Part shown: positions 1 through 8,715 of the stretch, one piece after another
Layout of the letters: each line of letters starts with the position of its first letter
Numbering within the stretch: the first letter of the stretch is position 1
Assembly: GCA_043810925.1 (NCBI GenBank)
Contig: JBDRNT010000164.1
Span: 1-23,193 of the forward strand
Source of the DNA: Candidatus Eiseniibacteriota bacterium
GTDB taxonomy: Bacteria > Arandabacterota > Arandabacteria > Arandabacterales > Arandabacteraceae
DNA length: 23,193 nt
Direction: 5' to 3'
Program-made: the position numbers and the translations under genes
Notes under the pieces: generated by a model
Database searches by the model: none
Told to the model about the DNA's origin: nothing
The model's input: only the letters and a program-made list of their open reading frames with translations

Positions 1-120
1 TTCAGATACTACGCTCTTGCCGACGGGATAAAGAGGCTCTTAGAGGTCCTCAGAAGGCCATTCGTTGCTCGATTGGTGTCAGGACATGCACAAGTGCAAC
101 CTAACCTCTTTGACCCATGA
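1..120 (+). CDS. Probable 3' end of an upstream CDS (partial, product unknown): ...FRYYALADGIKRLLEVLRRPFVARLVSGHAQVQPNLFDP*
   Basis: Frame +1 is open from base 1 to TGA at 118-120, ending just before the promoter region. I found no minus-strand start that reads off the left edge. Only 39 codons are visible, so the identity is uncertain. Confidence 0.45.
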   Translation, partial: FRYYALADGIKRLLEVLRRPFVARLVSGHAQVQPNLFDP

Positions 121-128
121 GATTTTTG

Positions 129-151
129 GGGAAACTCCACCTGTGTTTCCC
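129..151. promoter_or_regulatory. Inverted repeat GGGAAAC-N9-GTTTCCC abutting the -35 box (possible operator or weak terminator hairpin)
   Basis: Perfect 7-bp arms at 129-135 and 145-151; no U-tract follows. Confidence 0.35.
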
Positions 152-180
152 TTGACGGTCACCGGGGAGTGGTTTATAGT
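152..180 (+). promoter_or_regulatory. Sigma70-type promoter of the V/A-ATPase operon
   Basis: TTGACG (152-157), 17-bp spacer, TATAGT (175-180); each box is a 5/6 match to consensus. It lies about 70 bp upstream of the first gene. Confidence 0.75.
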
Positions 181-203
181 GCGGCTATTAAGTGGTGGAG
201 GAC

Positions 204-238
204 GAGATTGCCACGGCTCTCCGAGCATCGCAATGACA
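204..238. repeat. REP-like palindromic half-element GAGATTGCCACG...CGCAATGACA in the 5' leader
   Basis: ATTGC/GCAAT outer stem enclosing a GCTC-tcc-GAGC hairpin. It resembles, from memory, the 3' half of the widespread GTCATTGCGAG...GCAATC / GATTGC...CGCAATGAC intergenic palindromes. Single copy in this window. Confidence 0.5.
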
Positions 239-251
239 CTGGAGCGTCAGC

Positions 252-569
252 TTGAAAGAGGTCATCGAGAAGATACTCAAGGCGGAGCAGGATGCCAAGC
301 GGATGGCGCAGGAGGCCCGCGAGGAAGCGCGGGTCATCGTGGATGCCGCCCGCACCGAAGGGCGTAAGATCGTAGAGAAGGCGAAAGAGGACGCGCGCAC
401 TGAGGCGCAGGGACTTCTTGAAAGGGCCGGGCAGGAAGCTGATGCCGAGAAAGAGCGAATCATAGCCGAGGCAAAGACCAGGGCCGACCTGGTCGTTGAG
501 AGTGCAGACATAAAGGACTTCCCGCAGATCACCCAGGCGGTACGGAAAATAAGCGGGCTTGAGGAATGA
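252..569 (+). CDS. atpH: V/A-type ATPase peripheral stalk subunit H (G-type)
   Basis: 105-aa charged helical protein (EVIEKILKAEQDAKRMAQEAREEARVIV). First gene of the operon; TTG start with GGAG at 241-244; ATGA overlap with the next gene. Confidence 0.8.
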   Translation: MKEVIEKILKAEQDAKRMAQEAREEARVIVDAARTEGRKIVEKAKEDARTEAQGLLERAGQEADAEKERIIAEAKTRADLVVESADIKDFPQITQAVRKISGLEE

Positions 570-1606
570 GATCGCTGGCGAGGTATGCTGCCACTAATGC
601 AATCACGCGGACAATGCTGTCGGAGCTGCTGGGTAAGGCCGATTTCGAGAGGATAGCCCGCAGTGAATCCCTCCAGGGTGCCTGGCAAGCCTTGAGAAAG
701 TCTTCCTACGCAGAGTGGATACCCGACGATGCTCCGGCCGATGTTCTGGGTATCGAGAAGATCCTCCGGGAGGCGACGGCCTCGCGCTTCAAGCGGTCGA
801 TATACGCACTCAGAGGCAAACCTCACGATGTGGGCGTCGATCTTCTCGCACGATGGGAAGTTGACAATCTCGAGTTCGCACTCAGGCTCTGGCACGGCAA
901 GGACCTGAGTCTTCAGGAGTTCCTGACCTATCCATCGGTCGCCAACGACGTGCCCGTCTACGACGTCACCGAAGCCGAGACACTTGAGCAAATAGCACTG
1001 CTCTTGCGTCACACGCCCTATTTCGAACCCGTGAGCTCAAGTGTCGGGATCTACCGGGATAAGCGGTCGATCTTCTTCGTTGAGATGGCATTGGAGAAGG
1101 ACTATTACAAGAGGCTGCTCGAAGCGATAAGAGACCTTGGCGGCAGCGATGCCAGGCAGGCCGCGAAGATAATCTCGGCCGAAATCGATATGCTCAACCT
1201 ATCCTGGCTGATGAGGTTGCTCGAGTACCATGAAGTAGAGCCTTCCAGTTTTCATGAGTATATCATTCATGGCCCATCGGAGATATCACGGAAACTCAGT
1301 GATCCGAAGCTTACATCCGAAGGTCTGAGAAAAATCCGGTCCGAGGTCGTGCCCGATCAAGTTGCCACGGAGGATAAGTTACCCTCTCAGCTTGGCGCCG
1401 TTGCCATGATGGAGAGCATGGTCCGTGAGATGGCTGTCGATACGGCGAGAGGGGCGCTTGCGGGATTTCCGTTCAGCATGACCTGTGTGTTCGCATTCTA
1501 CCTTCTTAAGCGGACGGAGCTTAAGAATCTGTATACGGTTTTTGCCGGGAAGACGCTCGGTGCCGGTGATGGTGACATCCTGGACAGGCTCTATGGCTTG
1601 AGGTAA
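566..1606 (+). CDS. atpC: V/A-type ATPase subunit C (d/AC39 family)
   Basis: 346 aa. N-terminal RYAATNAITRTMLSELL, internal EMALEKDYY and EIDMLNLSWLMR, and C-terminal AFYLLKRTELKNL match the subunit C pattern; operon context agrees. Confidence 0.85.
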   Translation: MRSLARYAATNAITRTMLSELLGKADFERIARSESLQGAWQALRKSSYAEWIPDDAPADVLGIEKILREATASRFKRSIYALRGKPHDVGVDLLARWEVDNLEFALRLWHGKDLSLQEFLTYPSVANDVPVYDVTEAETLEQIALLLRHTPYFEPVSSSVGIYRDKRSIFFVEMALEKDYYKRLLEAIRDLGGSDARQAAKIISAEIDMLNLSWLMRLLEYHEVEPSSFHEYIIHGPSEISRKLSDPKLTSEGLRKIRSEVVPDQVATEDKLPSQLGAVAMMESMVREMAVDTARGALAGFPFSMTCVFAFYLLKRTELKNLYTVFAGKTLGAGDGDILDRLYGLR

Positions 1607-1613
1607 GTAGACC

Positions 1614-3614
1614 GTGCTTGTTGCTGAGAGAATGAACCGTGTCAGCGTGTTGATAATGAAGGATGACATGGATACGGTATTCGAGGAGATAGCAAGGAGC
1701 GGGGTACTTCACCTGACCAGGATCGCGGAGATCGACGAGTGGGCTGAGGATCTTCAGGATGTGGGCGTTGAGCGGTTGTCAATCGACTATTCGAGACGGC
1801 TCCGCAGGATCAACGAACTCATCGAGAGTATCGTGCCCGGGCCGTTCGAGAGGGGTCCGGCTACGGGTGAAGACATAGGGATCGTCGACCTTCCCAAAGT
1901 GGACGAGAAAATAGGAAAGATCGAAAGCGAGCTAGCGCCCATCCTCTCAAGAAGAAGGGCCCTCACCGAGAAGATCAGCGAACTGAAGGGTTTCCGTTCC
2001 CAGATAGGAGCACTTGTTCCCGCCGGGCTGCCCGTCTCGGGGCTGATGCGGTCGAACCTGCTTGCGAGTGCCATAGGGACAATAGCGGAATCGCAGATGG
2101 AAACCTTAAGATCGTTGCTTGGCCAGGTACCTTCGGTGGTTCTGCCGTACGGGCAGGAAGGGAAGAATGTGTCCATCGTCGGTGTCGTCCTGAGGAAGGA
2201 CAGATCCAGGCTTATGGATGCACTCGGCCAGGTCGGTTTCACCGAGACCAGGATGCCTGAAGGCCTGGGGAGCGTCTCATCGGAGATCGAATCGAAGGTA
2301 ACGGACGAAATGGGTGCTCTTGAGCAGGATCTCGGCAAGGTCAAACGCGACCTGGCGGGTGTGCGGGACAGCGTGCTTCCAGTAATTGAGGATATCTTGA
2401 GCAGGGTCGAAGCGGCGATCTTGCTCCTGGATATCAAGAACTACTGTAAACTCACGGAGAAGACCTGTCTCTTCTCCGGCTGGGTGCCCCGCGAGAAGAC
2501 GGATGCACTTGTTTCCGCCCTCAAAGAGAGAACGGAGGGCAGGGCCATAGTCGAGGTAACGGGAGCCGATAAACTTGTTGAATCGACCGGAGGCAAGGTC
2601 GAGGTGCCGGTGCTCTTCAAACATCCTCCGTTTCTGAAGCCCTTTGAGGTGCTGGTATCAAGTTACGGCACTCCATCGTACCGGATGATCGATCCGACTA
2701 TCTTTGTCGGCATCACGTTCCTGTTGATGTTCGGTATGATGTTCGGAGATGTCGGTCACGGACTTGTGCTCCTCACGGCGGGCATAGTGGTGGCGCTTAA
2801 GTCGAAGCGCTGGCGAGACGCGGGTACGCTCGCCGCCTACTGCGGGGCGGCGGCTATCGGTTTCGGGATCCTCTTCGGCAGCATCTTCGGGCTCGAAGAC
2901 GTGCTCCGCACGGTATGGGTGAAGCCGCTTGAGAACATCACGAGTCTCTTCAAGGTTGCCATCGGTTTCGGAATCGCGGTCGTAAGCCTGGGCATAATCC
3001 TCAATATAATCAATTCGCTGAGATCTCATTCGTTCCTTGAGAATTTCTTCGACAAGGCGGGACCGCTGGTCGGGGTGGTCTACTGGGCGGGTGTGGGCAT
3101 TGTGATCAAGTTCATGGCCTCGGAGGGAGGGATGCCGAAACCAGTGGTGTTCTACGGGCTCTTCGTTGCACCGCTTGCGCTTTTCGTCGTACGGGCACCC
3201 ATCCTCAGGCTGATCGGGAAGCGCCGGCAGATGTGGCCGGATGGTGTCGCCACCTACGTGATGGAGACAGTTGTCGAGATCCTCGAGATACTGATGGGTT
3301 ACCTCGCGAACACCGTGTCCTTCATTCGTGTCGCGGCGTTTGGTCTGGCGCATGCCGGGCTCTTTATCGCGGTCTTCACCCTTGCCAAGGTGGTCGCAGC
3401 CAGGCCGGGCGGTCTGGTGCTTTCATGGGTTGTCCTTATCCTGGGCAACGTGGTGATAATCCTGCTTGAGGGACTGGTCGTCACCATCCAGGCCCTGAGG
3501 TTGGAGTATTACGAGTTCTTTGGTAAGTTCTTTAAGGGCTTGGGTTCGAAGTATGAGCCTGCAGGAATAGTGGGGAGTCGTCCCCATCCCCAGAGTGCGA
3601 AAGGTGGTGAATGA
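1614..3614 (+). CDS. atpI: V/A-type ATPase subunit I (a)
   Basis: 666 aa with a soluble N-half and membrane C-half. Motifs GWVP, YGTPSY-IDPT, FGMMFGDVGHG, NTVSFIRVAAFGLAH (essential Arg) and IQALRLEYYEFFGKFF. Confidence 0.95.
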   Translation: MLVAERMNRVSVLIMKDDMDTVFEEIARSGVLHLTRIAEIDEWAEDLQDVGVERLSIDYSRRLRRINELIESIVPGPFERGPATGEDIGIVDLPKVDEKIGKIESELAPILSRRRALTEKISELKGFRSQIGALVPAGLPVSGLMRSNLLASAIGTIAESQMETLRSLLGQVPSVVLPYGQEGKNVSIVGVVLRKDRSRLMDALGQVGFTETRMPEGLGSVSSEIESKVTDEMGALEQDLGKVKRDLAGVRDSVLPVIEDILSRVEAAILLLDIKNYCKLTEKTCLFSGWVPREKTDALVSALKERTEGRAIVEVTGADKLVESTGGKVEVPVLFKHPPFLKPFEVLVSSYGTPSYRMIDPTIFVGITFLLMFGMMFGDVGHGLVLLTAGIVVALKSKRWRDAGTLAAYCGAAAIGFGILFGSIFGLEDVLRTVWVKPLENITSLFKVAIGFGIAVVSLGIILNIINSLRSHSFLENFFDKAGPLVGVVYWAGVGIVIKFMASEGGMPKPVVFYGLFVAPLALFVVRAPILRLIGKRRQMWPDGVATYVMETVVEILEILMGYLANTVSFIRVAAFGLAHAGLFIAVFTLAKVVAARPGGLVLSWVVLILGNVVIILLEGLVVTIQALRLEYYEFFGKFFKGLGSKYEPAGIVGSRPHPQSAKGGE

Positions 3615-3615
3615 T

Positions 3616-3969
3616 TTGAAGACGAGACCGGTGATTGAAAAGATAATAATGATCTCCTTTGCGATCGTTGTGCTGGCTGTGCTGTCGATCTTCACGGTAA
3701 CCATAGCCAGGGCGCAAGCCGGGCAGGGTCAGGTGGTGAGGACGACCGACTCCAGCACGGCGGGGTGGGCATTCCTTGCTGCTGCTGTTTCCACCGGCTT
3801 AGGTTGTGTCGGGGCGGGGATTGCGGTAGCCTACGTGGGTGCGGCGGCCGTTGGTGCGGTCGGGGAGAAACCGGAGGTTGCGGGCAGGACCCTGATCTTC
3901 GTAGGTCTTGCCGAGGGTATAGCCATCTATGGCTTGATCATCGCAATCATGATACTCGGCAAGGTATAG
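3616..3969 (+). CDS. atpK: V/A-type ATPase proteolipid subunit K (c), single hairpin with an N-terminal signal-like extension
   Basis: GAGIAVAYVGAAAVGAVGEKPE...FVGLAEGIAIYG with the ion-binding Glu. Start placed at TTG 3616 (GGTGG upstream, 1 nt after the atpI stop); the ORF track starts it at 3595. Confidence 0.9.
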   Translation: MKTRPVIEKIIMISFAIVVLAVLSIFTVTIARAQAGQGQVVRTTDSSTAGWAFLAAAVSTGLGCVGAGIAVAYVGAAAVGAVGEKPEVAGRTLIFVGLAEGIAIYGLIIAIMILGKV

Positions 3970-3970
3970 C

Positions 3971-4276
3971 ATGAAGTTCTTTGTGATGGGGGACAGGCAG
4001 ACCGTTCTCGGATTCCGGCTTGTCGGGATCGAGGGAAAGCAAGTGGAGGAAAGGGATGATGCGCTGGCTGCACTCGATGAGGCAGTATTGCGGAAGGACC
4101 TGGGAATCGTGCTTGTCACCGAAGCGGTAGCAAACAGAATAAGAGATGAGGTGGAAGCCAGGCTCTACGGCATGGGGTTTCCGCTGGTACTCGAGATTCC
4201 CGATGCCTCGGGCCCTTCGCCGGAGCGTCCCAGCATAGAGGACGTGGTCCGTAAGGCGATTGGAATAAGCATATGA
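3971..4276 (+). CDS. atpF: V/A-type ATPase subunit F
   Basis: 101 aa; VMGDRQTVLGFRLVGIEG, GIVLVTE, PLVLEIPD and VVRKAIGI are typical subunit F motifs. Confidence 0.95.
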   Translation: MKFFVMGDRQTVLGFRLVGIEGKQVEERDDALAALDEAVLRKDLGIVLVTEAVANRIRDEVEARLYGMGFPLVLEIPDASGPSPERPSIEDVVRKAIGISI

Positions 4277-4923
4277 GTGGACAACCGGACACAGCACCAG
4301 AAGAAGGAATCATAGAGACGATCCTTAAGGACGGTGAGTCTCAGGCCAGGCGCGTTGTCGACAATGCCAGACGCAGCGAACACAGCGAACAGCACAAGGC
4401 CGAGGCTGAAGCCGCCGAGATTCGCAAGGAGATCGTCGGCAAGGCGGAGGCCAAGGCCCGGACCCTGAAATCGAAAGTGATTGCAACCGGCCATATAGAG
4501 GCCAAGCGCATGGTACTCAGGGCCAGGGAAGAAGCGATCTTAAAGGTGTTTGATACCATGGACCAGGAGCTTCAGAAGATAAGGGGCAATCCGGCTGAAT
4601 ACCGGCAAGCTCTCACCAACCTCGCAGTCGAGGCGATCTCGGCGGTCGGTGGATCCGGGGTCGTGCTCAAGATAGGCCAGGCGGATCAGAACCTCACCGA
4701 CGATAGCCTGCTTGCCGAGATAAGCCGGCGCGCCGGTGAACAGACGGGTAGAGAGATAGCGATTACGCTTGAGATCGACCCTGCGCTTACCGGTGGAGGT
4801 TGTGTCGCGGTCTCGGGCGAAGGCAGGATAATCTTCGACAACACGTTTGCCCGCCGGCTTGAGCGGATGAAGCCCGCCTTGAGATCGGTGATTGTAAGAG
4901 AGGTCTTGAAGACCGATGACTGA
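4273..4923 (+). CDS. atpE: V/A-type ATPase subunit E
   Basis: 216 aa; N-terminal coiled coil, C-terminal GGCVAVSGEGRIIFDNTFARRL (GG...DNT motif); operon context agrees. Confidence 0.9.
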   Translation: MSGQPDTAPEEGIIETILKDGESQARRVVDNARRSEHSEQHKAEAEAAEIRKEIVGKAEAKARTLKSKVIATGHIEAKRMVLRAREEAILKVFDTMDQELQKIRGNPAEYRQALTNLAVEAISAVGGSGVVLKIGQADQNLTDDSLLAEISRRAGEQTGREIAITLEIDPALTGGGCVAVSGEGRIIFDNTFARRLERMKPALRSVIVREVLKTDD

Positions 4924-6685
4924 GAGAATCATTGGAAAGGTAGGCCGGATCGTCGGACCCGTGATCGAGGCACGCGAGGTTACCGGCGCCGAGATGCTTG
5001 AGCTGGTTTTTGTCGGCGCGGAACGACTTGTGGGTGAGGTTGTGAGAATCAGGGAGAAGTCCGCGTGGATACAGGTCTATGAAGACACGACGGGATTGCG
5101 TCCGGGCGCACCCGTGTATGGTCAGGGTGAGCCGCTCTCGGTTGAGCTGGGACCGGGTCTCATCGGGGGTATCTATGACGGCGTCCAGCGGCCGCTTGAT
5201 GTGATCAGGATGAGATCGGGTGATTTCGTATCGAAGGGGGTCCACGTTCCCGCTCTGGACAGGGACAGGACCTGGCATTTTAAGCCCGTCGTGAAGGCTG
5301 GAGGACAAGCATCTCCGGGCATGATCATCGGTACGGTCCAGGAGACCGATCTGATAGAACACCGGATCATGTTACCTCCGAGGGCCGGCGGCAACCTGGT
5401 CGAGATCGCCGCGGAGGGTGATTACACGGTTGATCACGTGATTGCCAGGCTTTCGCACGACGGCCGCGACGAGGAAGTCAAGCTCTACCAGAAATGGCCC
5501 GTCAGAACCGGCAGGCCTTATAGGAACCGGCAACCCCACCTGATACCCTTGATCACGGGGCAGCGGGTGCTGGACACGCTGTTTCCGGTGGCACGGGGCG
5601 GGGTAGTGGTGGTGCCCGGTGGATTCGGCACCGGCAAGACCATGATCCAGCATGCGCTTGCCAAGTGGTGTGATGCCGACATCGTTGTCTATATCGGGTG
5701 CGGCGAGCGCGGCAACGAGATGACCGAGGTACTGCTTGAGTTTCCCAAGATCATCGATCCGCGCACCGGAAGATATCTCATGGAGCGAACCATCCTCATA
5801 GCAAACACATCCAACATGCCGGTGGCGGCGAGGGAGGCAAGCATTTACACCGGTATCACCATAGCCGAATACTATAGAGACATGGGCTATCACATTGCGG
5901 TTATGGCCGATTCGACTTCGCGGTGGGCAGAGGCCCTGCGCGAGCTTTCGGGCAGGATGGAGGAGATGCCCGCCGATGAGGGCTTCCCGGCATATCTCCC
6001 GACCCGCCTGGCGGAGTTCTACGAACGCGCGGGCATGGTGGAGACGCTTTCGGGCAGGGAAGGTTCGATTACCACGATAGGAGCGGTCTCACCTCCCGGG
6101 GGGGACTTCTCCGAACCCGTGACCCAGCACACCAAACGCTTTGTAAGAGCCTTCTGGGCGCTTGACAAGCAGCTGGCGAATGCCCGGCACTATCCTTCCG
6201 TAAGCTGGCGTGAGAGCTACACCGAGTACGCGGACGACGTTGCCGAGTGGTGGGAGGAGAGGACGCGAGGTGAATGGAAGGAGTTAAGATCGACATTTGC
6301 ATCCATAATGCAGCGTGAAGCGCGCCTTGAGCGGGTAGTCAAACTCGTCGGCGCCGATGTGCTTCCCGACAGCCAACGTCTGGTTCTCGAAGTCGCCGGG
6401 ATGTTCAAGGACGCCTTCCTCCAGCAAAACGCCTACGATGAGGTTGATGCCTTCTGTGTTGCGGCAAAGCAATACAGGATGCTTAAGATAATCGTGAGTT
6501 TTTACACCCTCGGATCGGAGGCGATCAAGAAGGGCGGAACGCTGGTGGGCCTGAAGAAACTCCCGGTCATCCGGGACATAATGCAGATGAAATTCGAGTG
6601 TCCCAACGACCAGCCGGAGAAACTCGACAAGCTTCAGAAGAAGCTTGAGGAGTCAATACATGAATTCGGAAGCCTCTTTACGTAG
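4916..6685 (+). CDS. atpA: V/A-type ATPase catalytic subunit A
   Basis: 589 aa; [10 protein letters not shown]-loop [55 protein letters not shown]. No intein is evident from the length. Confidence 0.98.
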   Translation: MTERIIGKVGRIVGPVIEAREVTGAEMLELVFVGAERLVGEVVRIREKSAWIQVYEDTTGLRPGAPVYGQGEPLSVELGPGLIGGIYDGVQRPLDVIRMRSGDFVSKGVHVPALDRDRTWHFKPVVKAGGQASPGMIIGTVQETDLIEHRIMLPPRAGGNLVEIAAEGDYTVDHVIARLSHDGRDEEVKLYQKWPVRTGRPYRNRQPHLIPLITGQRVLDTLFPVARGGVVVVPGGFGTGKTMIQHALAKWCDADIVVYIGCGERGNEMTEVLLEFPKIIDPRTGRYLMERTILIANTSNMPVAAREASIYTGITIAEYYRDMGYHIAVMADSTSRWAEALRELSGRMEEMPADEGFPAYLPTRLAEFYERAGMVETLSGREGSITTIGAVSPPGGDFSEPVTQHTKRFVRAFWALDKQLANARHYPSVSWRESYTEYADDVAEWWEERTRGEWKELRSTFASIMQREARLERVVKLVGADVLPDSQRLVLEVAGMFKDAFLQQNAYDEVDAFCVAAKQYRMLKIIVSFYTLGSEAIKKGGTLVGLKKLPVIRDIMQMKFECPNDQPEKLDKLQKKLEESIHEFGSLFT

Positions 6686-8075
6686 CGACGAAAACCGTAA
6701 CCTGCTCGACCGGCGTGATTATGTCGGCATAGACGAGATCTCAGGTCCCATAGTTGCGATAAGCGGCATCCACGACGTCGGCTACAACGAGCTGGTTGAG
6801 GTGCTTGATGAAAGCGGCCGGGTAAGACTGGGTATGACGCTTGAGGTCTCGAGCGGTGCCGCGGTCGTCCAGGTGTTCGAGGGCACCTCGGGTCTTAAAC
6901 TGGGAAGCACAAGGGTACGTTTCAGGGGGCACCCGCTCAGAATGCCCGTCTCGCCCGATGTGTTGGGGCGTGTGTTCGACGGTCTGGGAAGGCCTGCCGA
7001 CGAGGGGCCGTATCCCATCGGTGAAGAGCGCGATGTCAACGGTCTCCCTGTGAATCCCACGGCAAGGGAGTATCCCCGCCAGTTCATCCAGACGGGTATT
7101 TCCGCCATAGACGGAATGAACACGCTGGTAAGAGGGCAGAAACTTCCGATCTTCTCGGGAAGCGGGCTGCCGCACATGCAGATCGTCGCCCAGATTGCGC
7201 GCCAGGCGAAACTCGTGGGAGATGAGGCGCGGTTTGCGGTTGTCTTTGCCGGCATGGGCATCAAGCACGACGAGGCCATGTTCTACATAAGGAATTTTGA
7301 GGAGTCCGGCGCAATGGAGCGGGCCGTTGTGTTCTTAAGCCTTGCAGATGCGCCGAGCGTGGAAAGACTGGTCACCCCGCGGGCGGCTCTGACCGTGGCG
7401 GAATACCTTGCCCTCGATCTTAAGATGCATGTGCTCGTGATCCTTACCGACATGACCAATTACTGCGAAGCCCTGAGAGAGATCTCAACCGAGCGCGAGG
7501 AGATCCCGAGCCGGAAGGGTTATCCCGGTTACCTATATAGTGACCTTGCAAGCATCTATGAGCGATCCGGAATGATAAGCGGGCGCGAGGGATCGATAAC
7601 CCAGGTGCCTGTGCTCACAATGCCCAACGACGACATCTCTCATCCGGTGCCCGATCTTTCGGGTTACATCACGGAGGGCCAGATCGTGCTGGAGCGGGAT
7701 CTCAGCCAGCGCGGAATCTACCCGCCGATTGCCGGCCTGCCGTCGCTCTCACGCTTGATGAAGGATGGAATCGGCACAGGCATGACCAGGGAGGATCACG
7801 CTCATCTGGCAAGCCAGCTCTTCGCGGCCTATGCTCATGTCAAGGACATAAGAGCCCTCGCCTCGGTGATAGGGGAGGAGGAGCTTACCCCCATGGACAA
7901 AGACTACCTTAAGTTCGGTGACACGTTCGAGAAGCAGTTCTTAAGCCAGGGGATCGATGAGGACCGGACAATAGAACAGACGCTTGACCTCGGGTGGACG
8001 GTGCTCTCGGTGCTTCCGAGGGAGGAGCTTCACAGGATAACCGAGGACGAGATTCGTAAGTACTACGGTAAGTGA
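6660..8075 (+). CDS. atpB: V/A-type ATPase subunit B
   Basis: [56 protein letters not shown]. Start placed at ATG 6660 after SD GAGGAG (6647-6652); the ORF track starts at 6645. Confidence 0.98.
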   Translation: MNSEASLRSDENRNLLDRRDYVGIDEISGPIVAISGIHDVGYNELVEVLDESGRVRLGMTLEVSSGAAVVQVFEGTSGLKLGSTRVRFRGHPLRMPVSPDVLGRVFDGLGRPADEGPYPIGEERDVNGLPVNPTAREYPRQFIQTGISAIDGMNTLVRGQKLPIFSGSGLPHMQIVAQIARQAKLVGDEARFAVVFAGMGIKHDEAMFYIRNFEESGAMERAVVFLSLADAPSVERLVTPRAALTVAEYLALDLKMHVLVILTDMTNYCEALREISTEREEIPSRKGYPGYLYSDLASIYERSGMISGREGSITQVPVLTMPNDDISHPVPDLSGYITEGQIVLERDLSQRGIYPPIAGLPSLSRLMKDGIGTGMTREDHAHLASQLFAAYAHVKDIRALASVIGEEELTPMDKDYLKFGDTFEKQFLSQGIDEDRTIEQTLDLGWTVLSVLPREELHRITEDEIRKYYGK

Positions 8076-8076
8076 T

Positions 8077-8715
8077 ATGGCAAAATACGAAGTAGCGCCC
8101 ACCCGCACCAACCTTCTCAATCTCAGGAGGGATCTCGAGTTTGCTCAAGAGGGTTATGAGTTGCTTGAGCAGAAGCGCGAGATTCTTGTGGTCGAGCTCA
8201 AGGGACTAACGGCGCGGGCGGTTGAGGCTCAGAAAGTGGTGGATGAGGAGCTGGTCAAGGCCTTTGCTGCCCTCAAGGAGGCCGAGCTTGCAAGCGGCAG
8301 TTCCGGGATCTCATTTGCAGCCAGGGCCGTCAATGTCCAGACCGACATCAGCTTGAGGGAGCGGCGAATCATGGGTGTGGGTATTCCGACCGTGAGCGTG
8401 GACGTGAAAGACACTCGGCCTCACTACGGTCCGGCGGCCACGTCCGTGTGGACCGATGAAGCCGTGGTGAGGTTCAGGAACGCAGTCGCCGCCATAGGCA
8501 GACTGGCCGAAAGCAGAATATCGCTCGTCAGGCTTGCCCGGGAGATCCAGAAGACAATACGACGGGTCAACGCACTTGAACGGGTTTTCATTCCGGATTA
8601 TGAGGAGACCGTCAAGTACATTCAAGACTCACTTGAGGAGGCGGACATGGAGGCCTTCTTCATCCTGAAACTCGTAAAAGGGCGGTTGGAAGCTCGCAGG
8701 GAGGTGAGGCAATGA
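8077..8715 (+). CDS. atpD: V/A-type ATPase subunit D
   Basis: 212 aa; PTRTNL, GYELLEQKREIL, EIQKTIRRVNALERVFIP. Confidence 0.96.
   Translation: MAKYEVAPTRTNLLNLRRDLEFAQEGYELLEQKREILVVELKGLTARAVEAQKVVDEELVKAFAALKEAELASGSSGISFAARAVNVQTDISLRERRIMGVGIPTVSVDVKDTRPHYGPAATSVWTDEAVVRFRNAVAAIGRLAESRISLVRLAREIQKTIRRVNALERVFIPDYEETVKYIQDSLEEADMEAFFILKLVKGRLEARREVRQ

Noticed and set aside
65-367. 100-aa + strand ORF across the promoter region
   Set aside because: Starts upstream of the clear promoter, overlaps subunit H out of frame, and has no SD or motif.
188-1012. 274-aa minus-strand ORF, and similar antisense ORFs at 1787-2437, 2658-3353, 12881-13633, 15561-16469 and 20861-21451
   Set aside because: All overlap well-supported + strand genes and show no family motifs.
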